This document shows positions 12,453-25,914 of a stretch of 64,000 nucleotides of DNA, piece after piece. Within the stretch, counting starts at the first letter, position 1; every line of letters starts with the position of its first letter. A program made the position numbers and the translations under genes. The DNA comes from Azolla caroliniana (taxonomy: Eukaryota > Plantae > Polypodiophyta). Under the pieces are notes generated by a model. That model ran no database searches and had not been told where the DNA came from. It saw only the letters and a program-made list of their open reading frames with translations. The DNA lies in the NCBI GenBank assembly GCA_043228905.1, contig JBHGNT010000016.1, forward strand, positions 12,028,001-12,092,000, given 5' to 3'.

Positions 12453-15400
12453 TTAAAATAGCACTGGATTTCCTCTCAGTTCATGAACACCATGGGCAAA
12501 ATTGCAATCATCACCCCGATTGCAGCCCCAATCATCACCCCGTATGCGGCCCCTCTCCCAGAATCGGCAAAGCTGTGTCTTATAGTGTGGATTAATCCTT
12601 GATTGAGAATAATCATTTAAAAACCTTGTATTCAACTCATTGAAATCTTCTGAATCCTCATAATCATCATCATAATCCGAGAGGGCACCATGAGAATTGA
12701 ACTCTTCTGCATCGTCCTCAGCCTCGGACTCAGAAGGGTCATTAAGTAAATAACCCTCATCCCAGAGTTGACACTTACAAGACTGCTTTTTGTTTTTCCA
12801 TGGTGCTCCACACAAATAACAAAATTCATGACCACATCTGCAAAAACAACACCAGTTATGATCCTGCCTTCCATCTTGGCGAAGGGCAAAATTTTGGATA
12901 TTTACAATGACATCCCACGTTTTCTAAAATTCACCAGAATATCTCTCTAGAGTGAATCGGTTTACTTCTGGAGGGGTATATTCTGCTGAATAAAACTTAA
13001 TTGCAAGAACTCAATACAAGAAAAGGAGTTAACATGATCATACCGACAAGTTATGTGAAAACAACCCTCGGCAAGCTCTATCATACGCCGGCATTTCGTA
13101 CAGCGTTGCCACTTCTGGTTTTCTGCTAGTTTATGGAGTTTTGCATCCTGGGCATCCTTCAAGTCCGGAGGAAGTTGTTGATACTGTTGACAAGTCATTG
13201 ATGCATGCCAAGGAACACGACATTCCACACAAAACATCCTAAAACATTCCACGCATGCAGCGCTAGTAACTAACAATGAAGATGAGCTGCTTGTTCCTTG
13301 ACTGTAGGCACTTATAGTTTCCCTACTCATGAGCGCCGAACATTTCGGGAAAGGGCAATATACTCGTTCAGACTCGGGCATATTTGCCTCAATAATGCGC
13401 TTATTTAGCAATTCATACCACTTTGTTGAAAGGATGGATTTACATAGAGCAATGCTCAATGTCTGAGTGCAATCAGCTTGGGGGCAAGAAACAGGAACTC
13501 GGCCCATTTGTACTTTCACCTCAGCATGTTGAACAATGCAAGAGAGACAAAATCTGTGAGAGCAATCGGGTATAATGCATATTTCAGACAATTTCTTCCC
13601 TTCAAAACATATCGTGCAATCTTCCTTGGCCTCCTCTGCTTCAGATACCTCCTTTCTATCCCCCAGTGGTGCTGAATAGAGAGCCTCCCTGGCAAGTTTT
13701 AAAGCATGCCCATTTTCTCTTCGCGGAATCAAGGTCAGATGAAACTGCTCTAACATACATGTGAGTTCCATTATTTCAGCATGAAGCACCTTTGCTCTTT
13801 GTGAACGGACTTTCCATCTTCCTGTTACCTTCTCAGACAAGAGAAAACCAAATCAAATTCCCACAAATCAGCATTACAGTATAAAAACTGAAAACATTAG
13901 AAAGAAAGAAAACAAAATCTGAACCTAGTTATGATGGAGTCCAAACAAAAAATCTATTATTTTGAACCACCACATATTCAGCAATAATATTCTAGTTCAA
14001 GAAGAGAGACAGGAGCATGAAAAAAAGATAGGATAAACAAAAAGGAATAATTAGAAAGGAGATGCGAGAATAAATGAGGGAGGGAGGGAGGAGAATTATC
14101 ATGTAGAAAGAAATACAGGCGTGCGTGACAGGAACATGAGGAAATAGAGATGGGAGCAACAAAATGAAGGAAGAATTAGAAAGGAGATGGAAGAGGAATA
14201 GACGGAGGGAGGAGGATAACGAGGCAACAGAAGAAAAAGCAAGATGAGAAATTTACAAGAATAAAAACTAGACAAAAGAGATCACAGTATCCGTATTAGT
14301 TCATGTTTTAGCCCACTTTTCACTTGTATTCTGACAAGTGTAGTAAAAGGAGTGTCAGATTTCAAGCCTGCTAAAATGGGTCTTATTGATGGCATTTGAG
14401 GCTAAAAATTACGCTAAAAAATTTTAATTGGAGGGATTCTTTTCTCATCATTAGAAGTTACATTTAAAGGTGTATCTCCAGGGACACAGAAAAGATGAAA
14501 GGAAACACTGAAATCAACTCCATTAATTATTGGAATCATTAAACTTCTACCAAAGATTGCTCAAAACCTGATACCCAATTACAGATAAGAAAATAAGCTT
14601 TCATGAAGGTCAGATGGCATCCACAATAGCACCAATGGATAAAAATGACCAGACAAAAACATAAAAGTTGATGCATAAGAATTTGCAGTTGGAGTTGTTT
14701 TGTACAAGATTGCTGAAAGCAATCTGTTACATCCAGTGGCCTTTTATTCAATGAAGTTCTTGACACAAGACCTGGAACTATGAGATTCATGAGAAAGAGA
14801 ACCATAATGAATGCTGTTAAGATACTAAGGTATCTCCTTAAAAGGGGTTCTCAAAATATATATAGACAATAAAAATCTCAAGCATTTCACTACTTCCCGT
14901 TTTCACCAAGAGGCTCTTTTGTGACAGTTTATAAATCTAGTCATCAACAAGGACCTTCCAATGACTTACCTCAAATTCCATGCATTGCAGCCCAACTCCC
15001 CAGAAGACTGAAGAGAACTTTTATCAGAAAATGCGCATATGGTTATAGAACTCAACATTTTCTAAATCATATGACATGAAATTTTAGGGTTCATAAAATC
15101 ATCAAAAAGTCAATAGGAAAAAAAAAAGAGCATGGAAGATAAAGAACATCCTGAAAGCATGAGTACATGCTTAAGATTGCGTGGAACATCTACCTCTTCC
15201 ATTTTGAGACTTAATAAGTTCAAGCTCGTTAGCTTGCAATGCCAACAATCCACCAGAACTTATGTCAAATGGTATGCATCACATGACAACCAATCATACA
15301 TGAGTTTCTATCAAGCATGTTAATATGCAAGATGTCAACGAAAAGGTATGATGAATGGATAGCAACCAACTGATTGACTTTATATCAAGCACCTTAATAC

Positions 15401-16528
15401 ATAAGATATCAACAAAAACTAATGTCACAAGTATCCTAATACATAATACGTCAACAGAAAATTGCAAAAAATTACGTCAAACAGTGCACATCAGATAGTG
15501 ACCATTTCAATTGAGTTTTCTATTGAACGACTCAATACGCAAGAGATGAACATAAAAGTATGTCAATAAGTGCATGTCAGATACCAACCAATAAGTTTAC
15601 TTTGCCATCAAGCATCTCATTAAGTAACAGTAAAAACAAATCAACTTCAATTTCTGACATGAAAACAATGAGACCAACAAACCATTAAAGAAGCAAATGA
15701 AGCCTACACGAAAATATCTCACGGATCTGTCCAACTATATAAAAAGAAAAGCCAACATGAGCAGGAGGTTTGGAGTTTAGAGAACACCTGATTGTACATG
15801 AGGACGGAATCAGTATAGACGTCAACACGTGGTAATTGCAAAGCTATAACCGCCTCTAGTCCTGCCGTCAGAGCCGAATAATCCGCAATAGTTTTTCCTG
15901 TTCCCAACTCTAGAGGTTTCCGAATTTCGCACAAGACTAACCCATCAGGACCCATTACAACCGCGCCAACAAAAGCCTGTACGGGGTCCGAGTCCACCAT
16001 AGCAATAGACGTCACATAGAGTTCACAAACACTATCATCATTCATTCCAGGGATGAAAGGATCCTCGCAAAGGTCACCGCGCTCTTCCCAAGCCATATCA
16101 TCAATATCTTTAAGGGAACGCGCGAACCTTTTGTCATGTTCTCTCATCCGGAAATTTTGTTCAAGCCTTCGTCTTTCCACATCCATGGAACGATGATACT
16201 CTGCCTCTTGCTGTGATCGGGAAAGCTCCAAGTTCTGCATGGCGAAAGCAAGAGATCGATCAGGAGGCGAGAGGTCACAATATTTTCGGTGTTGATCGAC
16301 ATTTCTATATTGCTCGCTATGGTTATCGCTAGGGTTAGGGTTAGGGCAAGGGCTTGGTGGTTGGTGCCAGGGAAGGCCTAGGTCGTTGCAGGAGGCTTGT
16401 AGGGCTTCTTCTAGCTGTAGCCTGTAGGCCAGGTTGAAGTCATCCTGCGCCATGGCAGCTTCGCTCATCTGCTGCGTCTGATGGAAGACCAGAAGCTCCG
16501 TGTCGGGATCACTCATCGCCTTCTTCAA
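12453..16528 (-). CDS. RBR (RING1-IBR-RING2) E3 ubiquitin ligase, RSL1/RFA-like, with N-terminal RNase H-like domain and C-terminal CCCH zinc finger; exons 16528-15788, 13828-13044, 12837-12453
   Basis: GT-AG junctions join in frame (MYNQ|VTGRWK; HITCR|CGHEFCYLCG); RING1 CTICFE...CSHRFCLSC; IBR YCPFPKC...FCVECRVPWH; RING2 CTKC...GCFHITCRCGHEFC; RNase H-like ADYSALTAGLEAV...VYTDS; YKTQLC...C...CNFAHG. Confidence 0.92.
14330..14920 (+). pseudogene. Highly degenerate Gypsy RT/RNase H remnant in RBR intron 1
   Basis: Fragments VDA.EFAVGVVL, LHPVAFYS.KF and NYEIHEKE resemble the RNase H of the 30460-34224 ORF. Confidence 0.55.
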
Positions 16529-16914
16529 CTTCTCTCTCTCTCTCTCTTTGCTTTGCTTTGCTTTGCTTTGATGTGGGCTTCTTTTCGCGGCTGCTCTGCT
16601 CTGTATTTATATACCAATACATACAAATATGGTCTTCGCATTGAATGTGTGTGTGTCACGTAGGGATCGGCTCGGCTCGGCTCAGTTTGATGGTGTCAAT
16701 CTCAAACCGTGTAAAACCGATTCAAGAAATTGAAACGTAAACCAAACCGAACCACGAAACCATCTAAACCAAAACCGTTCAAACCAAACCCTTAAAGAAA
16801 ACACACAACACAATGTATATATGCATGTATGTATGTATGTATGTATATAATGTGTATATATATGTATGTGTATGTGTGTTTGTGTATGTGTGTGCGCGCA
16901 CCATGATTTTGAGT

Positions 16915-17955
16915 GTCGTGAGCTTTGACGGGGTAGTTAGTGTGGCGTGGGTCGTCGATGGGACGATGCCGAATTGTTGATCAAGTTGTTGGCTACACGA
17001 ACAACACTCCGCCAGAGACAGCATTTCAACGTCGTCGATATTATTCCCTTCGATTCTGCCAGAGACAGCTCTTCGAGTTCCATGCCTCTACAATCGGCAT
17101 ATAGAGACAAATTTTGTACATCATCCCAATTATCGTGCAATCCCCAATATGATAGAAAGGGGGAAACAATCTCCATCTCTTATCTCTAAGTCAAGATTGA
17201 AAGTCTTTGCTCTTTCGTTTAGGACTCCTAGGTTGTGCAAGGACTTCTCCGATCATAGAGTCCTCTAAGGACAGAATTTCTTCGGATCGGGTGCTGGTAA
17301 CATTAACTTCGTTGATGACTGGAGAGTGGTCTGAGTTAGGTCGTCCTCGATTCCGCTCGAATCGCCAACTACTCTCTTTTCTCATGATCGACCAGCAGTC
17401 GGAAACATTGTGGCCAGCTTTTCAGCAGTGTGTGCAGAATTCGCTTGATCGGCCCGTTCTTGACTTCGGTTGTTGTCGATCTCCCCTCGTTTTCGATCGG
17501 TTCGTATTCCGACTGATTCTTTCAGCTTGTTCTCTTGTTTGACTCTGTCGAGTGATGGGCTTCTGTCGATTCATCGATGGTAAGTCCCATCGATTTTCGT
17601 CGAATGTCCTCGGTGAGGACTTGCTTGATCGTCTCATCCAAATTTAGGATCGGTCGGCTATTGGCGCATGTCGTGCATAATACCTCCCAACTCACCGGCA
17701 AGCTCGATGGGAGGGCAAGGGCTTTCAATTCTTCTTCGACGTTGATCCCTTGTGAGGAGAGTTTTGACAACACTCAGTTGAAAGTGTTGATGTGGGAGGT
17801 AGCCGGATCGGTCTCTCTCATCTTCATGTTGAACAATTGTTTGATCAAAATCAATTTTGAAGATGAGGACTTTTTCTTGTACATGGCTTGTAGTTTCTCC
17901 CATAGTGAGAACGTTGTCGTCTCTCTCTTTTGCCATGCTAAAGTAGATTTCGTCC
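16915..17955 (-). pseudogene. Copia gag/protease remnant (different family), cut by the insertion at 17956
   Basis: LWEKLQAMY...LIKQLFNMKM, ALALPSSLPVSWE and FCTHC knuckle in ORFs 17774-17974, 17522-17773 and 17422-17637. Confidence 0.75.
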
Positions 17956-19124
17956 TGTTGAGAATCAAGCTCAACTTGGTCTAGTGTGTGAACTCACCTT
18001 GAGAGTGAATAGACACTCCAATGGTCAAGAGTCACCATTATGTCACCACTTTGTATTCTAGCATTTAGTATGAGTTATAGAATCATATTCTATGACACAT
18101 AACTTATGAGCTTTCACATTCCCCATGCTCCATGAGTCTTGTAGTTAATGAAGAGAGAGGGTGACTATATAAAGCACCCTCCTCCTACCTTGTATAAGTC
18201 GAGTCTTTCTCCTTTGTTAATATACCTTACCTTGCATATTCTTTGTGTCTTACTCCTTGTCTCTCTCACTTATTCTCTCTCTCATATCTATTCCGCTGCA
18301 CAGAATCCATCTCTTGATTCTTTACATGGTATCAGAGCGACTTGGTAGCTCGATCTAGCCCATCCACGTGCGTTGTGTCCTACGCCAACGAACAAGAACC
18401 GGCTCATCGCTATCATAGCTTTGCTACATAGCTCACATTCGAAGAGAGAAGAAGAAGAAGAAGAATCGACATAATGAATACTCAAATGGGGAGCACTCTC
18501 CCTACCGAGAAGTTGGATCGAAACAACTTCGCATCTTGGGAGTACAAGATGCACCAATACCTTGTCGGACAAGGCTATTGGAGCTACATCAAAGGAGTGC
18601 ACGAAGACCGACCCGTCAAAATGGCTCCCGGATACGCGACATGGGAGCAAGCCGCAAGCCGTGTGATGTATTGCTTGGCGACATGTGTTCACGATCACAT
18701 GCTCGGCTACATTCGCGAAGCCAAGACGCCGAAGGAGGCATGGGAAAATCTACGAAAGAATTTCGCGGCGAACACAACCGCAAGAAGGCTTCAACTCCGC
18801 CAAGAGTTGAACAACATTCAACAAAGGGACATGTCCATCACGCCATACACCTTGAAGATCAAGGAGCTTTGCGACTCACTCGGCTCGATAAGCGTAAATA
18901 TCGATGATGATGAGATGGTGCAAATATGCCTTGGCGGCCTCGCACCACGGTTCGGCGCGATGCGAACCGCCGTTCTAGCAAGGGAGAAATCTCCCTCCTT
19001 CTTCGAGCTCCAATCAATGCTATTGGTTGAAGAAAACCACGTGTGTACAAGGAGCAATGAGTCGGAAGGCCACATGCTCTACATGCACTCGAACGGAGGA
19101 AGAGGACGCGGACAAGCGAGATAA
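17956..19124 (+). mobile_element. Copia family B 5' fragment: LTR 17956-18326, PBS 18327-18338, gag ORF 18474-19124
   Basis: LTR TGTTGAGAATC...TTTACA followed by TGGTATCAGAGC; 216-aa gag N-terminal ORF (KLDRNNFASWEYKM...SMLLVEE) ending before the zinc knuckle. Confidence 0.9.
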
Positions 19125-19618
19125 GTAGAGGCCATGCACAAACTCAACATTAATATATATATATATATATAATTTCATTATTGTTGCGCCAAATGTTAGC
19201 GCATTCTTGTAAATCTTGTTGCCGACTTCATAATGCAAATTCCTCTACTTCTTATTCACTTTTCTAATTGAATATTGTTTTTGGCGTCGACTCTTTTGAC
19301 GGTTTGAAGGATAATCCCCCCCCTTTTTTTTATTCTCTTTGTTGTCCCGAGAAGAACTACAACAACCTTTTTTGTCGCCCTAGCCCATGGATGGAGTCTA
19401 TCAGCAAGTAGCAAGAGTGTACACACACGTCCAGTGAGAGAGTTGGAGTAGCTTGCAACCAAATTCATCACACTCGAGCAATAAGAGAATCAACAACTTT
19501 TCGGGAACTTACGACATGAGGAGTCTCTCTCTCTCTCTCTCTCTTTGGATAAATACCAATTTTATTGTAAACCAACTCTCTCATGGGCCAATTTTGGCCT
19601 TAAGAAGACGTTAATATA

Positions 19619-19673
<55 letters not shown>

Positions 19674-19909
19674 GGCATCACACTATGGGAAGCAAATCAA
19701 ACGGTCCTCGAAGAGAACCAAAGATCACTCGCTCTCTCATTGCTAGACATTTCATGTTACCTGGTGACACCCCAAGAGTTGTCCGAGATGAATTTGGTTT
19801 TCATACGGCTCGCCATCGACTCGTTCGATCCTTGTTTTTGTGCCGCAAAATACGGAATTGTATAAGATTTCCCGATCAATGAGATTTTTCTCTCGGACAC
19901 TCTCTCTCA

Positions 19910-19942
<33 letters not shown>

Positions 19943-20184
19943 GAGAGAGAGTCATAGATAGTATGAGAGAAACATCAATAAACAAGAAAAAGATCCTGAG
20001 ATTTAAGACAAGGAAATCGAAGAAGAAGAAAGGAAGAAGAAAGAAAGAAGAAAGAAAGAAGAGAAGAGAAGGGAAGGGGTGGAAAGGATCGTGGGCCGAC
20101 GATTATCTGCGTCTGTAACAAGCAGATTGCTCGTTCGTTTTGTCTCCTGCTGCGCAGAGGAGAAAGCAAGCCGTTGTTATCGTT

Positions 20185-20215
20185 ATGGCCTCCAGGTAAG
20201 AAGCTTTCATGGTGA

Positions 20216-20263
<48 letters not shown>

Positions 20264-22084
20264 GTAGAGACCCGCAAACTTGAAAGGCACAGGGAAACAG
20301 AGATCTATTTATAAGGGAGTGATTTCTTCCACTTCTTTCGCTTTTGTATAATTTTATTAACAGGATCGATGTTGGTTGCTTGGGTTGAAACCATGCATTC
20401 AACTGTGGACATCTCACTCTGGAAGCTCGTTTTATGTGTCCTGTTTTATGTTAATTTGTGTTATGTGTCCTGTTTATGTTAATTTGTTCAAATTATGTGT
20501 CCTGTTTAATGATTGTAATGTGATGCCTGAAACATTTGTAATTTATGGGTAAAACAAATTTCAGATAAATTACAGAAACATGCATATGCTGTCCTCTGCT
20601 GTATTTCTGACAATTCACTGCTTTTTATTTCTCTGGTGACAGAGATTTATATGACACCTCACTACTTGTTGTCATTGTACTCCTATTTGATAGTGATTGT
20701 GAAACTATATATATGCATTCCCTGACAATGAGTATAGAAGTGCATAAAGACCCATTTAACCTCCGATGCCAAAAAATCCTATAATTGTAATTGCTCTCTT
20801 GGTTACTCAGCGAACAATGCAATAAATGTGTGTGTTTAATGCAGATGGTGGTCAAGAGAAACGGTGGCAGTGGTTACAGGTGGCAACAAAGGCATTGGTT
20901 TTGAGGTTGTAAAGCAATTAGCACGGGAAGGCCTTACGGTTGTCTTGACTGCTCGCGATGAGCAGAAGGGATTATTAGCAGCCGAAAAGATAAAGAACGA
21001 AGGCTTGGATGTAGCATTTCACCCTCTCGACGTGCTGGTTAAAGAATCTATTTCACAATTAGCGACTTGGCTTAAAGAACGATACAATGGCCTTGATATC
21101 TTGGTATAGAATTAATAATTGAACTTAATTGGGTAGTCATGTACAAAAGGTTTAGTGTGGTACATCACATGGTAGGGTTATAATGAACTGGTGTTTGTTG
21201 CACATGTAGCGAGTTATTACTTTGTGCAAGTAGAGGAGCGGTGATGATCTCATTGCTCAAAAGTTTATCTATTGTTTTCATGTATTCTGCTTATATGTTG
21301 CATGTATTTTCTTTTTGTTTTGTTTGTAGGTTAACAATGCTGCCATCACAGATGATGAGCCATCTTTTGCAAATGCGCAAAAGGTGCTGAGGACTAATTA
21401 TGTGGCAGTGAAGGATGTGACACAGCAACTACTTCCATTGTTCAAAGGCTCTGCAGCCGGAGCTCGGATTGTGAATGTCAGCTCAATGCTTGGTCAGCTT
21501 GAGGTAAATTTGTTCTTTTTTTTTCAGGTAAATAATACCTGTTTTTCAAACATATTGTGTTCCTGTGAAATTTGAACATTGGCTCATTGCCATGCTCAGC
21601 TTGAGGTAACCATTTGCATTACTTAAAAGACAATCTTTCAAACATCCTGTCTTTCAGTTCTCCAACTGCATTTTATTTACATCATTAATATAATTCTCAG
21701 AGGTTGAAAGATCCAACATTACGTGAAGAAATCGGAAATCTAGAGAATCTCACCGAAGAGAAAGTGGATAAGTTTGTGGAGAAGTATTTAGAAGATATCA
21801 AGTGTGGACGAGTAGATGCATGGCCCTATCGAGCATATAGTGTTTCAAAAATAGTTCTTAATGCATACACTAGGGTGCTGGCAAGATCTGTAGAGGATCG
21901 TCCAGATGGGCAACACATATATGTGAATTGTGCCAGCCCAGGCTATTGCAAAACAGACATGACCAAGAATTCTGGTATCTACACAGCCGAAGAGGGTGGT
22001 GCGATGCTTGTTTGGGTAGCGCTCTTACCTCCCAAGGAACCATCTGGCCAGTTCTTTGCTCAGAAGAAGGTCGAGCGTTATTGA
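20185..22084 (+). CDS. Short-chain dehydrogenase/reductase, carbonyl reductase / (+)-neomenthol dehydrogenase-like; exons 20185-20195, 20845-21103, 21330-21503, 21701-22084
   Basis: Spliced product MASRWWSRETVAVVTGGNKGIG (TGxxxGIG), LDIL|VNNA, IVNVSS, catalytic YSVSK, PGYCKTDM; all introns GT-AG and in phase. Confidence 0.93.
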
Positions 22085-23304
22085 GAAAAGGAAGACACTA
22101 GTTAAAGAACCCTGAGATCTACTAACCATGAATGGCCGAGTGAATTCATGTATTATCAGGTTGTAAGTAAAACATTAGGTAGTATTTCAAGTTTCCATAA
22201 GATTTAGCTCTTTATTCTGCAAATATTGCTGCCAGATTCTAAAACTGTCTGTAAAATTTCATAAAAACTTTGATCAAAATAAGTCTCCCTATTTGGCGAA
22301 TCCGCACTCCCTCTAATTTTGATTTTTTTGGGGCTTGGTTGCTAAGGATTCTTGGTTCTTTTCTTTTATGGTCTAATGATTTATACATTTGGAAGACAAA
22401 GATATTTTGTTCAAGGCAAATTTAGCATAAGTGCAAATCATGTGAACTGCTGAAGACAAGCTAGTTTTATACATATTGAATGCTAGTTAAGTTGTCAAAA
22501 CACTTAAAAAGGTGCAACCCCAATTATCATGCTCACACTAAATAGAATCATTAATAATGATAGCGAGGCCTAGACCTTGACTAACCGAATGGTGATAATA
22601 ATGGTCAAGCCATTTTGATGGACTATATATTAGCATATATTGGCATGAATCGTTACTTTCATCAATATGTATCTCCACGCACACTAGTGTAAATTTGGAT
22701 ATTGTGCCTAAGGCTTTAGTGAATTTTGGTATAACCAACCATAGTATGAACCATATGTACCATATGTGCATTCGCATTCTCGAATGGTTCAATCATTCGT
22801 GAAAGAAAAACACCCTCAAAGAATGATAAATACCATACTTTTGGATTAACTATTTATTATGAGGTAGATAAGCATAAAAACAAAAAAAAACATTAAACAA
22901 ATGGGAAAAAACAAAAAAAACACAAGAATGTTTGAATAACATTCACATTCGTTTTCCAACGTAGGAAGACGAATGTTATATTAGATGAACACGAATTTTA
23001 TGTACTATGTAACCAACAACGTATCTAAAATGAAGTAGTTCATCAAATGTAAATTTGGAATTTGTTTAAAAAAGATGGGTATCCCTTGCCTCAACAAATA
23101 TTTTTCGTGGGTACTAATAATGCTAATAAACGTAAGATACACGACCCTTGATTGAAGGTTTATGGTTTTCATTGTTTGCCCAATGCATGATTTATCTTAA
23201 TGCTTTCTTTTTCTAACGTGTATTGCTTCTTGGCCTCCTTGCAAGTGGTAGGGAATCTTTTAGAGTTCTTCATTTGTAGCCTATTGTTGTTGTGAACTTG
23301 TTGC

Positions 23305-23479
23305 TCTGATACCTCATGTCGGATTTAGGGTAACTCATGGTTTGACCTAATCCCTCAAGACATCAATGATCTTACAATGTGGGTATAAGAAAGAAAGCAA
23401 ACAAAGATAAGAGCCCTATAATTGACACAAGTCAAAGAAACAATTAGATGGCTCATGCATATTAGCTCTCTCCCTCCCT

Positions 23480-23535
<56 letters not shown>

Positions 23536-23800
23536 TGACCATGAAAACTTGGTTGAGGATGAATATCACTTCTTACATGCATTTACGGTAATTCTTGAGA
23601 GGTATTATGACTTTTATACGTAGCATGATAATTTCTAGGTCATACTCATATCTTCACCAATATGAATGAGCACATGTATTCATCATTGTTTTTCATGGAG
23701 AGTTTAAACTAGTGTAGTAAACCCCCATGTTAGGAAGGAGGCATGTGTAAGATGATATGTTTATTTGGTCCCATAGGTCATAATTGACCTCATGGATGAT
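23305..23800 (-). mobile_element. Probable LTR fragment with an iMet-type PBS; distal end uncertain
   Basis: CTCTGATACC at 23305-23314 followed by TGTCGG at 23318 and a CT-rich LTR-like tract. Confidence 0.4.
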
Positions 23801-25269
23801 AAAAAAATCAATTCCATTCCATCACTCTATTTTCCAAATCCTTACTGATCCTACCATCTAATCTTAAATTTGTTGATTGATTTGCCTTCTTGGAAGAGAG
23901 ATTCCATTTGAGTTTGGTAGAGTTGCTAAATGTTGGTTGAGTTCTTAGCCTTACACTTGTTCTACCTTTAGCCAATTTGTAGTATATCTTCCTTTTGATA
24001 GCTTAAATCTTGCATTCAAGGTACGTGAACTTTCATCTAAATCCATATCCCAACTATTGTAATGTCTTTCGGTATCATTTATGAAAGTTTATTTCGGTGT
24101 TCTTCATGAGAACCCCTCAAGGTTGATGCATAAGGACATACATGTTGGTTAGATGGGCAAGAGTGAGTGCAAATTGCCTTAAATCAAATAATGTGTAAAC
24201 CTAGGTACTTAAACAAACTCTAAACCTACAACACTATCCAACATACAAAACAAGACCATTTACTTAACCATGAAGAGAGGTTACCATGATTGCACTCACT
24301 CAGTAGAAGAATTTAAGAAAAAGTGGTCACCAACTCGATTTAGTTTCCATCTGTCCACTTAAGTAATTACAAGTCATTAAGATACAATAATTAAGCTCTT
24401 AACATAATTAGGAGTGTGATTAAGGAGATAGAATTTAATGTTATTTCAAGGGAGTATGTTCAAATGAGGAAGAACCCTTGTAAAAGGTTTACAGTTTCAA
24501 CTTTATACTTCCGCATTTAATCAAACTACATTTATAATCCTTTCACGCGTGGGAGGGTATACGTGTACATATATAGGTATAAGTTTATAACCATTATACC
24601 CCATTAAAATGTTAGACTTGCACAATAGGGCACATGTAATTTTGCACTTGTACAATGGGGTAGATACAATGGGTGCATGGGAGTGAGCGAGAATGTGTGT
24701 GAAGGTGTAAACCGATCTGGAATAATGTGTGCGTATGTGGTGAAACTTGTAACCATGTGCATTTAGCAAACTAAATGTTTGTGCGTGTTTTTTTTTTCCC
24801 GAAAAGTATGTGCCCAAGAATGTATAAATTTTATGTGTAAATGATGTGTGAATAGATGTGAGTTTTTGTGAATGCATGTTTGTTTGATATGTATGTGTGT
24901 GTTGATTATGTGAACGTTTAAGTGCCCTTGTAAATACTCATGGGTGTACCTTTATACGTTGTGTCTCTTTATAGTTTGTGGTTGGTATGTGTGTCTATGT
25001 AGACTTTAGGAATTAACATCTATATACATATATATTGGTAATTTAAAGGTATTTTTCTCAGTTTGCAAAGAGATGTAAAAGCAAATTAATTTCGACATAG
25101 TGGCAACTTCATCAGTCGTAAATTCGAGCAATTTGAGATCAAGTAATCGGTGACACTCGAAGATAATGCCGACTCATGAAGTTTGTTTATGGCTTAAAAC
25201 AAGATCTAAGGGTGTGACACGTGAAGATAATGCAATATCTTTTCTAAATCGGTTTCGAAGTGTTGAAAT

Positions 25270-25647
25270 ATGATAACTCACTATATGTTCGAAATAATTA
25301 ATGAGGCTCGCTCTTTATCATCTTGTATGTTGATGACCTGGTCATTGGAGGAGCAACCCTCAACAACATCAAGCAGGTGAAAACACACCTTTGTAGCAAG
25401 TTTGAGATGAAGGATATGGACGAGCTCGGCGATTTCGTAGGGATTGAAGTCACTCAAACACACGACAGTATCTTACTCATGCAAGCCATTATATTTTGAA
25501 CCTATTGGTCTAATTCAACATGACTGAGTGTAAGCCCATCTTGACCCCTCTCGATTGCAACATAAAGTTGCATGAAGACTTCGGGCATATGAGCTATCCA
25601 ATCAAACTTCTAAGACAATTCATTCAGAAATCAAGAGACATTCACTT
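25270..25647 (+). pseudogene. Old Copia RT remnant (outermost layer of the nest, left part)
   Basis: LYVDDLVI...FEMKDMDEL..FVGIEV; reading continues after the insertion at 38317 (NSVKGVLQY). Confidence 0.8.
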
Positions 25648-25914
25648 TGTAAAAAATCAAGAGTGATTCTGTGCATCGACTATGTGTGTGTGTGGATGTG
25701 AGACAAGAGAGAATGAAAGAGAGAGAGAGGGAGAGAGCTCTAGACAAGAAACAATATATTACATCCAACAGTAACTAAGTTACAAAAGGTTGGTCTAAAT
25801 ACCAACTGATCTAGGGCAAGTGCCCTTTCTACTAATTACAAATCTAGCCTACCATGATGTCCACTAGCTAGTGTGAACACTGTCTCTGTTGGAAGTTGAG
25901 TTCGATTTTCAATA
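25648..25914 (-). repeat. 3' LTR of Copia family B element
   Basis: Homologous to 38052-38316; PPT-like GAAGGGGTG adjacent on -. Confidence 0.88.

Noticed and set aside
16331-16353. TTAGGG telomere-like repeats
   Set aside because: Only about 3 units, lying inside RBR exon 1 and encoding PCPNPNP
19515-20260. ORFs made of SLSLSL, THTHTH or ERERER runs
   Set aside because: Translations of (CT)n and (CA)n microsatellites
21595-21612. Second copy of the SDR exon 3 donor (CAGCTTGAGGTAA) as an alternative splice site
   Set aside because: Using it would include an in-frame stop at 21573-21575; probably a small intronic duplication
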